Of a stretch of DNA of 64,000 nt, positions 43,701 through 53,917 are shown one piece after another (position 1 is the first letter of the stretch; the number at the start of each line of letters is the position of its first letter). The stretch covers positions 186,001 through 250,000 of the forward strand of contig RHPI01001327.1 in assembly GCA_009103225.1 (NCBI GenBank), read 5' to 3'. The notes below the pieces were generated by a model. That model saw only the letters and a list, made by a program, of their open reading frames with translations. It was not told where the DNA came from and made no database searches. This DNA comes from Chlorokybus atmophyticus. Taxonomy: Eukaryota; Plantae; Mesostigma and Chlorokybus algae. A program made the position numbers and the translations under genes.

Positions 43701-44029
43701 TTCGCGAACTTCGTTGGGCCATGCTCACAGCTGGTACGGCTGGCAATGCCGTCATGCGCACGTGGCCCTCAGCGCTGCGCGCCTTCGCCGACGGGGTGTT
43801 TGCGAGCGCTGAGACATTGAAGCCGTTGGCCATGCTAGATTGGCTTTCAGCGTTGCAAGCTTCGCTCGCCTCCGATGATGCATCCCTGAAGAGCATGCGG
43901 GTGGTTCCTGCAAGAGCCACCTCTGATGACGCATCCCTTGGTATGTGGAGTGGTTATGCTGTTGACTTGGAGTTCACGTTGAGAACAATGGCAAGACACG
44001 TCTCCTTCGCGCAGCTGCCTAGGCACTAA
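40725..44029 (+). CDS. SAM-like + REase-like + protein kinase protein, copy 2; one intron spans an N gap
   Basis: Same exon structure and kinase motifs as copy 1. Stop TAA at 44027-44029 where copy 1 has TAC. The PD motif is replaced by TS. Confidence 0.78.
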
Positions 44030-44936
44030 GCGGAGAATTGCACACGCGTGCATGTGCGTGTGCAGTTTGCCTCTAGGCAGGTGGGCGGCACACAACAGTG
44101 AAGAGCCGCGAACCCTCTTGCCATTGCAGAGCAAGGCCTCATGGGGGTACTGCTGGCGGAGGTGGGTTGGATGGCGGCGGAGTTGGGGGCAACAGGGAAA
44201 CTATGAGGCAGTACTCAACGCAAGGAGGCCCACTACTGTGCGGCTCGAGGGGAAGGTTGCCAGCAACGCCTCAACCGCCAGGGCGAGCCTGCGCATGTGC
44301 GTGCGTGCGTGCGTACACGCTTTTGTGCACTGCCACATGTGTGCGTGCATGTGAGTTATGTGAGCAGAAGTCTTTTATCTGCATGTGCCCTGATGTAGTG
44401 CTTTCCAGCCTTGATGGCGTGCGAGCATGCAACTTCCAGCGACTGCATGATGGAGGACGAGCTGTGCTTTGCTGATGGCAACTACGCCAAACGCAGCGCA
44501 GTGTGTGGCTGATTGTGTACAGGAGGTATGACGTGCTATTATGGTGTTCTTGTATAGTGAGACGTCAGTGATACGTGTCTGCATGTGCTTGTTGTGTAGC
44601 ATACTCGTAACGCCTTGTTACAGGCTAGGTTCAATGTGTAGTAGGACAGACACCCCTCTGTGTATATTGTTCGTAGAAAGGCACAACTTGTAAGGCTTGT
44701 GCGTGGCTAGCATCATTGCCACGCAAGAGAGCCAACCCAACAGATTGAGTGTTGCCACCCAACCTGTCGCCTGGTCTCTTGTCTGGACTTGCTTAGAATG
44801 CACTAGAACTTGACGACAAACAATCAAGCAGAGCAATGATTACCTTCTTCTTGTGCACAACACTTGCAGACTGGTCGGAACTTACTCAAGAGCTATGCTA
44901 ACAGAAGGACTATGCATATGTACACAAGCTGTGTCA

Positions 44937-47200
44937 TCAGTTGACAAACATGGTGTTGTGCACGAGGCTCTTCTTCGTGAACCTGCGCAAGAAGTCGTTT
45001 AGCTGGTCGCCGATATGGTCATACCCGCCCTCACATGTCTCGATGCGTAACAACGGCGTCCTGATGCATGGCATGGCAGGAATACTGTCCCACCCCACCC
45101 CCCACCCCACCCAACTCTCTGCTGTCACTCACCTCGCCCAACCAAAAATCTTCGCCTCGCAGAACCACCTGTTGGGGATGAAGCATTCGATATCTACCTC
45201 TACAATCTGTGTGCGTGCGTGCGTGTATGTTTGTGTGTGTCTTGGTATCGCTCTGCGTGCGCATGTGCGTGTGTGCACGCATGCACATGCTTGTGCGTAC
45301 ATGTTGCAACAAACGACAATATACCACAATAAGCGTTACCTCTAAGGGCGTCAAGGCTGTCCCCAAGCGTGTCTCTGCTCTCTCTCGCCATCACGTTATT
45401 GGCATGTGTGGTGGCGGGCGGGAACAACAGCGCTGAATCCGCATACAGGTCCGTTGATACCTCTACGGCTCAGCTATTCAGAATTTGACCAAAGGACTGA
45501 TCTGAAGCCCTTTGGTGGTTCTCATTCACATGCTATTGGCGCCTGTCCTGATGTTGGTGTTGATGTTGGTGATGATGTTGTTGGTGGTGTGATGCTGCAT
45601 TGTGGTGTTGCGGGGGAGGCTGCGTGTAGCCCAGTCCCTGGTGCACGTTGGTGCTTTGGCTGATGTTGTCCTTCTGCTCACGCTCCTGGTGTGATGTCGC
45701 CTGTACAACAGAAAGGCCCTCACACTCTCTCTCAAACCTCCCCCAAAAAACACGGCATTGTTATCACACACGCAGGCATGTGCAAACACAAATACAGGTA
45801 AACAATTGCACACACGCGCACGCCCGCAGGTGCGCACACAACAACACAGGATTACACACGTGTACGCGCACATACAAGAACACACACATGCGCACCTTCT
45901 CCACGTCTCATGTGTAGACACAGCAGCGATAGTCTCCTCCACGCTTCTGCTCCTCCCCTCGTACACATCACTGCTGCTACCGCTGTTGTTATTGTTATTG
46001 CTGTTGTTGTTGTTGTTGTGTCCCGCCTTGGCATGTGCGTGAAGCTAGTTGAGCTCCGTCACATCGCGAAAGGTCTCGTAGCTCAACGCCTGCTGTGGGT
46101 TGCATGTTGGGTTACATGCCGAGGTCATGCTTCCAGCATCGCGCGCTCCCGAGCATTACGCCACTGCTTCTACTCTATCTGCTCCAGCAGCTCGCTGCAA
46201 TACACTTGCAATAGATTGATACGAGGACACATGTGTGCGCACTTGTATACGCGCACTCATCCACACACAGACATGACGTGCGCACAGTCACACATGCTTA
46301 CATGCACACGTGCACATATCGAGACATACTTTGCCTTTTCCCTAACCGTCTCGTCTTCTCCCTGCTGCTGCTGCTGTTGTTGTTGCTCGTGTTGTTGTTA
46401 CTGTTGCTGCGGTGGCAGCGGCGATGGTTGTTGTGGTTACTGTTGCTGTAAAAAGTGCGATTGTGGTTGCTGATAGCGTGCTTTCGACTTACTCGTAATC
46501 ATGCTCAGCACTCCTGTACAACGTCAGTACTGAGAGACCATGTTTTTACAACTTGGCTGTCGCTTTGAAAAACTAAGAAGACACACGCGCACGTGCATGC
46601 ACGCCCACATCCCCAGACATGGTGTGCGACTTGTCCTGTACTGTAGAGTAGACGATAACACAATGAGCACAGCTATTTGCCTGCATTGCCGAGTACTCAG
46701 GAGGTATCTGCTGATATCACAGATGCTCCCTGGTGCTGGCAAGCATGTTGTCCCATGGCATGCTCCCCAGTTCTTTTTGACAATGACCTGCTCAACAAAC
46801 CTACCAGGTGTTAGACTGCAATCAAGGTGGCAATATCGTCCGTCCACGCTTGCTGCATCTGGCAACCCAACCTTACACAGACTCAGTGCAGGCGTTTCTG
46901 CATTGTAAGTTGCAATGTGTTCTCCCAACCTTAGCGTTCCACTCGGTACTCCTTGCTGTACTCCTCAAGTTGCACAAGCCAACCTGTCTGCAAGTTGTGT
47001 GGCGCGCCCAACAAAACATATCAGCAGCTCAGCTGCCGTTAGGTCTAGCGTCCCAGCATGGCCGACCTGAAGGATATCAAAGCTGATAAGCAGCTGGGGC
47101 ACAATCATCAAACATGCTTGCCCACCTTCTGCTCTCCCTCCCTCGCTGGTCCACAGGTCGGTCCACCACGTCCTTACTGCTACCTGCCCTCTGCACTGCA
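44937..47200 (-). pseudogene. Degenerate spliced gene with Q/H/N-rich low-complexity exons
   Basis: Exon-like segments with canonical boundaries, e.g. 46330-46445 QQ*PQQPSPLPPQQQ*QQHEQQQQQQQQGEDETVREKA and a following exon from 46194 ELLEQIE*KQWRNARERAMLEA*. Frames of the other segments are ambiguous. Confidence 0.3.
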
Positions 47201-47945
47201 CGCACATAGAGCACTAGTAATAGCATAGGGCCCCGGGGGCTGGTATATGTCTCTGTTGGTCTGCTTCTCCTATGCTGCCTGCTTGCTGTGCGCTACTGCT
47301 TGCAGTCTGCTACTTGCTGCTGTTGTGCAGTTTGTGTGTGTGCGCATGCCGTGCAGATTGACTTACACCTTATGCTTGCGCTTATGATTGTTTGTTCACA
47401 TTCTGTGGCTTAATGTGTACACAGGAAAACCGCTGCTCCAGTACAGCATAAGAACACTAATGTTAAGCGTGTTTATTTCCCCTTGGGATTATGCAGCTCT
47501 TTTTCATTCTTGCTTAACTCGAGAAGTAGACCTGCATGTTGTGGGCGATCAACATCATCCTAGACTGCCTAAGGAGCTGATGTCTGGCATTGGCGTGCTT
47601 TCTCATATGGTAGGAGTGAAGCAAATCCAAAGTTTGAAACACTGTTTGTCACTGGCGAGCAGTGTCTGAAACCTTTGATCTGGTAGTGGCCGAGCCTAGC
47701 AATGTATAAACGCACTGATTGGTAGGTGTTGACAACTTGCATGCGGTGTCAAGACTAAGTGAGCTAACCACAACCATAAAGCGCAAACAGACAATAGTTG
47801 AACGAAAAACTTTACAACCACAAACTACGTCGTTGCCTTATCTTACTTGGTTATTCTACTTATTTATCAAAGGAAAAAGTTGTATACATAGTTACAAGCA
47901 TACAACGCTGTATATGTACACGGTTGGCTGGCTGCCCGCCGCAAC

Positions 47946-50356
47946 TTAATGTTTGTGTATCGCATCATCATCTGACATGTATGTTTCCCTTGTTTCATGA
48001 TCAGAACCATCCATCAAGGCGTCTTCCACCAGGATGGATGCGCGTTGATGTTGCCTGCCTGCTTTGCCCTCCATGGTTTTCATCTTGACATCGATGTCTG
48101 CAACAGGAACACCTGTGATGGCTGCATACACGCTTGATGTCCAGACAGGGTCCAGCTTAGGCAGCGAGTACGTCTCCAACTTGATTGGCAACTTGGCTTC
48201 CGGCAGATTTGGAGCTGATACGGGTTCTCTGCAGACACAACATGGCAACGTGAGCAGAGAGCTGACACATGTGTGCAATTTCCGTGCAACTGTTTGCGCA
48301 TGCACGCAAGCGCGCAGCCAGCACGCACCGCTCGTAATATATCTGTGTGCTGATTTTCTCCATCTTTTCAAGGTCTTTGGGGAGCCGGTCACGAATGGCA
48401 AGCACGAAGTTGTGCACCAGCAGCTTACTGCATACACATGCACAGTAAGCTCCAGGACACACCCAACTGCACAACAGCGAACACTCTCACCAAGTCAGTG
48501 CGCACCTGTGGTGGGGACGTAAGTGGTTGTATTCACGCCGCAGATTGTCGGCTTGCGCTAGGAGTAGCTGAGCCAAACGCAAGCAAGCCACAGCCTGGCA
48601 ATTGCAGGAACAGATGTGTTATACACCAATTAGCACACACCATGGTCTCCAACAAACCTGTAGGCTCAATGTCAAACCAGTACCTGGCCATGGCTGCCCT
48701 TCTCGTCCTCTTCGTCCAACACGAGACCATGGTAGAAGTAGGCAGTGGCCTGCAATTTTGACAGTTATTATGACAGGCTGGCCGCGGTCACCGCTATTTA
48801 ACCAGGCATGTGCCGTGGTACACTGCTACACATGCATTGCACAACTAGCTCAAGCTACTTACCCGTGCTTGTACAAGTTTCCAGTTGAAGAAAGCATCCT
48901 GCTTGGCGGCTGCGGGACCAACTCTCTTCACTGCACGCAAGTTGGCCACAGCCTGCAAAGAACCACGTGTTGGTACATTATCACAACTGGTATCATAGCT
49001 GAACCCCATGTGAAGTGGTTACCCACCTCATCCCAAAGATGAGCAATGAAGCATGCCAGCCAGCACTGCGCTTTCAATGTGACACTTTCACGCTCATGTG
49101 CCGCAAGCTGCTGCAGCTCTTCGACCTGCTTGGGCTCGAAGTCAGCAGTCATAGCCAAGGCGGATTGGCTTTGTGACAACTAAAGCAGCGGGTGCTTGTA
49201 CCTGTGCAAGACACTGCAGCTGCAACGCCCGCAACACCTTTGGAGAAAGGTCGGCCGGCAGCTTGGCCCTGCAAACCCATATACCAGTTGTGATGAGAAA
49301 CAAACCACGCAATAAACAATTCAGCCAGCATCACTGTCATCGCACCTGGTGTGAACGGACATTGTGGGAAGCAGCTGCGTGCAGCAGTGTTCCAAGATGC
49401 CCGCAGCGCGGAGCAGAGCTGCATTGCCCTCCTTGCGCTCCATCGTGCCTTGTCCCATGCAAAGCAGAGAGTCGGCCTCCATCATCTTCGCGCACGCCTT
49501 GAGCACCAACACGGACAGCACCTCATACTGTGCGCTGGGCACCTCGGTTACCTGACCACGACACACGGGTCAAACGTTTGTGTAATGTTGTTGAGTTGCG
49601 TGCCCGCACGCATGCTTGCAGTGCGTTTGGTGTTGTTGGCGACTGGCGATTTGCAAGCTTTGCTCTCACGCAACACACCTGTTCCTGAGACAGCCAGTTG
49701 TTCCAAGAGAATGACACAGAGCTCTCCAGGTCACTGCCTGCAAAGAGAGTCACACAACAACCATCATCAGTGCCAACAGTCAGCACCACAAAGAATACAC
49801 TGTGCATCGCTGTGTGTGCAGCAACACCAAACATTGCGTGCACTGCTGTATGCATGTGTTTGTTGAGTAAGGGGATGATGGAGTTTACACCTGCACTATC
49901 CGGCATGCTGAAGGGAGACAGCAGTCCGAGCAGAACTTCAAGATAATCGTTGGCATTCTGCTCAACGTAGTGTTCGTTGCCGCGCTCCCAGGTACCGAAG
50001 GTGGGGTCAGCATTGCTGGCTAGAGAGGCAAGGCGGTTGCGAAGGGATGTGAGGGTGTCAAGCAGCTCGGGTGGGGCTGCGTTGAGGGCCTTGGTGTGCC
50101 AATCTGGCCCGGGGCCGAGAGGCGCCCGTAGAGGCGGGACATGCACGGCGCAGCGGCCCTCCCAGCTGCCGCCAGCGGTGACGGAGGCTGCACCGGCCAC
50201 AACAGCTGCAGCCGCGGCTGCCGCCGCACTCTTGCGGCCTCCTTGCAATGACAGGGTGCGTGAGATGCTGAGCGACGCGGGCCGGCGCAGTGCCAGCGAC
50301 GGGCGGTGCTCACGGCTGCTGCCTACTCCTCGCTCAGTGGACCCGCAGCACCCCAT
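47946..50356 (-). CDS. BRO1-domain protein (BROX-like, plant endosomal-targeting BRO1 family)
   Basis: MGCCGS start, then VHVPPLRAP, LLDTLTSLRNRLASLA, DYLEVLLGLL, VSFSWNN, QYEVLSVL, LLRAAGILEH, and C-terminal APNLPEAKLPIKLETYSLPKLDPVW. These match the plant BRO1-like family from recall. Confidence 0.85.
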
Positions 50357-50898
50357 GCACACAAAGCCCAGTGCAACAGCCCGCAACGCCACCCAACAGC
50401 CTACAGGGCCTTTAACCTCTCCAGCTGCTGCCTCAGTATGCTTGAACAGGGTGGGGCTTCACTGCAAGACAACGCACAGTTGGACCCAATGCACAGCGGT
50501 TGCTGCCTACACTTCAACAGATCAACTCGCGCACTGGTGAGGAATCAGATTCTCTTATATTGCAAGTTGGATGGTCTGCAAGCTGCTTGAAACATTATGT
50601 GCAACGTGCATTGGGCCAGCAGGCGGCATTGGCCCAACGTACAATGCAGCGAGAGCACAGCTAGCTTACATGAAATGCATACATGCACGTCGGCTTGTGA
50701 AGAGCAAACTGCACGCCAGCCATGACCCTGCAGTTGACCGTCTCCCCAACCCATTAGTCAAGCAGGGGGCCTCTTGCTGGGAACCTTGCCAAGCAAAGAA
50801 AGCCCCACCAGGAGGACGCAATGCGCGTGCCCTCACCGTTCAAATGGTGAGGAAACAAAGCATAGCACTCCAGCATACACGCTGCTTTGCGCTGAAAT

Positions 50899-52250
50899 GC
50901 AGGCGCGTGCGACTCCTGGCTTCACGGTACGGTGTTGTGCATTTTGTTTTTGGTAACTGCCTAAAGTGATGGGGTAATCATCTGACGAGTCAGCGCCCCA
51001 CTTTAAATGCATCTTGCGTGCAGGTGTTTGCCATTCCATAGGTGGTGGTGTAAAGCAGATTTGTATTTTATCCCTGTGACATCTCTTGGTGCGGTGAGTA
51101 TAAAATGTGTGTGTTTCCTTGATTGCAACCCTCGCTTGCATACTTGCAGCATGAAGAATGCGCCATTTAGTCTGGGCAAGCATTCATCAGCAGTGCAAGT
51201 TGACCAATCGTTGTGTTGCAGATTCTGCCTGCACCCAACGTTTTCTTGTTTTGGAACTTGTATCGCGTCATCTCCCATTGGTGAGCATGGAGGGTAATGC
51301 GGCCTTATTGTTTAGTTTATGGTGTAAAGTCAACATGTATGCATGCACCCCTGCCAAGCGTACTCAACGCGAGTCTCTACTGCCTGCAGGGCAGTGAGTT
51401 TCTGTTGCGAATGTCACCCACAAAGCAGATACCTGAAGCAAGCAGCACAGATCCTTTCCAACCCGACACCCCGTGGAAACCCCAGCAAAGTGGAGGTGAA
51501 GTCAGCACAGCACAACCTCCAGCAACACCCATACCCACGGTATGCAATGACTTAGGGGGGGGGGGGNNNNNNNNNNNNNNNNNNNNNNNNNNNNNNNNNN
51601 NNNNNNNNNNNNNNNNNNNNNNNNNNNNNNNNNNNNNNNNNNNNNNNNNNNNNNNNNNNNNNNNNNNNNNNGGGGGGGGGGGGGGGGGCTTGACCAGTGG
51701 TGAATGACAAGACTTACGTATCGCAAGTCATATGCACCGCAGACATATAAGCGTCATACACACTGTCTCATGTTGTCCATATGTTGTGGGCCTGGACATT
51801 TCAAGGAGATTACGAACAGCTGTTGCTGTCGCCCTTTTTGACTCGCGTGCACCTAGTCTGCGTGTGACTGTACGGTGCCCCGGTGGTTGGAGAATGCAAG
51901 TGTCCAGTGTAGGTAGTGTCGCCTGTTAGGCAGCTGCACATTGGTAGCCAAGGCAGTCGAGTACTACACACAAGCAACACAACTCTCGCTCTTTACACAA
52001 CACAAGAACTGCAAGGGTGCAAGGCTATGTGAGCGCATATGCATGCGTGCGCTTGTCAATGCATGTGTGTATAGCACTGCTCAAACTGCATTAACAATGA
52101 CAGGTTGCTGCCCCAAGCGAGGAGCTGGAAGCGCTGGCGAAGCCCGCCGAGCGGTGGCATGCCGCTCTGAGTAGACAGGAGCTTGAGGCCATCTGCAGCA
52201 AGTTTCAGATTGATGTCAATGTGGCCAGCAGATGGCTTGAGCGGCGGTAG
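50899..52250 (+). pseudogene. Partial duplicate of the Mit_KHE1-family gene (mid-exon 4 to the end)
   Basis: 50899-52594 aligns with 28282-29858. Exons 1-3 are absent, and there is an in-frame TGA at 51282-51284 where the parent has CGA (28695-28697). Confidence 0.85.
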
Positions 52251-52593
52251 GCGGAAGGTAGTTGGGTCACACACTCTCAGCACTGTTGTTGTGTGGCACT
52301 GTCGGCAGCAACTTGGTCTCTCGTGTTTCCGGTATGGTTGTTGCCGCATCTATTGTTGCTATTGTGCCTTCATGATTAGAAGTAGATGCAACGTTACATG
52401 GTAGGTGATTTCTGTTAGACAGCTCGCGTATGGATGGCCTATCCATATCATGTGCGATGAGCAGTGAGTGTTTGCGGCTAAGTGATCGAAGTCATCCTCA
52501 AACAGCGCCAGAACACATGTTTGCATGACTTCTATCTGTTGCTGTGGTGAAGAATCTCCGATGCGAACTATTGTTATGAGTCTTTCACGCCAC

Positions 52594-53500
52594 ATGACCT
52601 ATTCGTGGCGGGCATACCCGAGTTCGAGCAGTTGCTGTACATAGCGCCTAACGTACCGGGAGGGGGGGTGTACCCGCGCGATATTCTCACTGTCACCAAG
52701 ACTGCGGCCAACACCACAGTGCCATTCTTGGACCGAAAAGTGTTCCAAACGGAGCTCGGCATTTGTTCCAAGCTGTACTGCAAAAAGGATCTGTCAGCCT
52801 ACAGTGGCGTACCAAGGCACCGCGCACCATTGCCAGCGTCAAACTTGCCACGCTCAGTAAAGCTGGGCGTGGTGGAATCACAGTATGCAAGGTTTGTACG
52901 TGTGTGCACCTATCGCACGCACTTTGCTGACGCCATGAAGACACTGTTGCTGGACATGCAAGCAGATGGACACCCGTTGAAGCGCCTGCTGGCGACCTTG
53001 CGTCATAAGATGATTGTCAACAACACCTACGTGTACTGCACTCCACCGCCCTTGCTATACAAGCTGGTGTTCCAGGCGGTGTCCAAGCACCGCATCACCA
53101 CCACACAAGCGGCACACCAACAGCACCAAGAGCACGGGGAGCAGGCTGCCCGGTAAGGCAGCTTGCCCGTGCGAAGAACGACAACAGCCAACCCCACCGG
53201 CATTACCGAACTGGCACTGGCGCCGCAACGGCCCTGCCCTGTGCGGTGCTGACGTTGGCACTGCACAGCGAGGGTTAGGTCACCGAAAGAGGGGAGAGCG
53301 CAGCACACTCTGAGGAGAGTGGCGAGAGGGAGAGAGAGGAGGGAGAGGGAGAGGGACTTGTCGTCGTCGCTGCCATTCTTGCTGTCTGCTCACCTCATGA
53401 ATAAAGACTGACTGTGAGCCCGTGTGGGCAGGTAACCATTGTACTTCGTGCATGCTGTGTGAGCTAACGGGGTGAGGGTTAGTGAGTTAGGTAGTAGCTA
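52594..53500 (+). mobile_element. 5'-truncated Penelope-like retroelement (RT palm end + thumb; no C-terminal endonuclease; Chlamys/Naiad-like or EN-minus)
   Basis: The frame begins (D)DLFVAGIP at the junction, then YPRDILTV...VPFLDRKV...SKLYCKKD...PASNLP...KLGVVESQYARFVRVCT...F...GHP, typical of the PLE RT C-terminus. Stop TAA at 53154-53156, AATAAA at about 53401. The 3' boundary is approximate. Confidence 0.72.
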
Positions 53501-53917
53501 GCAGTAGCCCGGTGGTATAAAGTATTAGCGTGCCATTGTGGACATTGCATGCTGCATGTTGTGCTTGTCACCATGCATGCGGCTACCCAGCATACTATCT
53601 CTTATACAACGTGTGTACAAAAGATGGAGTGCTGATAAGACCGTGTGTAGAAAGTATGCAATGCTGTGCATGTGTGTGTGTGTGTGCGCGCGCGCTCTCG
53701 TGCGCGCGTGCATGTGTGTGTGTGCGTGTGTAAAGGATATGCGAGCAATTGATATCAACATGCACTTGCACAACATGCACTGCACGCAAGCAACCCAACC
53801 GCACCTGTTGCATACACGGCCATAGGGTCAACTCTATTCTCTACCCTACCGCTATTCCTATTGCCCACCCTGTTAGTCATCCGGAACGACGGTGTCACTT
53901 GCACGTCAGAACTATGA

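Larger units (their letters stand above)
33718..47097 (+). repeat. Direct tandem segmental duplication: unit 1 about 33718-38794, unit 2 about 38795-47097
   Basis: Both units begin CAATGAACAATATC...GTTATGACAGTGCTGAG and carry homologous kinase genes. They share a tail (38644-38778 vs 46963-47097). Unit 2 has extra segments. Confidence 0.9.

Noticed and set aside
45980-46445. TAA/TAG inside polyQ-like tracts suggesting a TAR=Gln genetic code
   Set aside because: Conserved host exons use only CAA/CAG for Gln, and CSN7, GCK, ferredoxin, KHE1 and PPIP5K end in TAA or TAG at plausible positions. An in-frame TGA occurs in the same decayed gene. Pseudogene decay explains it.
49977-50540. 187-aa plus-strand ORF
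   Set aside because: Antisense shadow of the GC-rich first exon of the BRO1 gene.
53270-53325. Possible hammerhead ribozyme (CGAAA ... CTGAGGA) in the PLE 3' region
   Set aside because: There is no stem III or NUH cleavage triplet between the motifs, and stem II is out of register.
53270-53500. GGGTTAG units as telomeric repeats
   Set aside because: Isolated single units, not an array.
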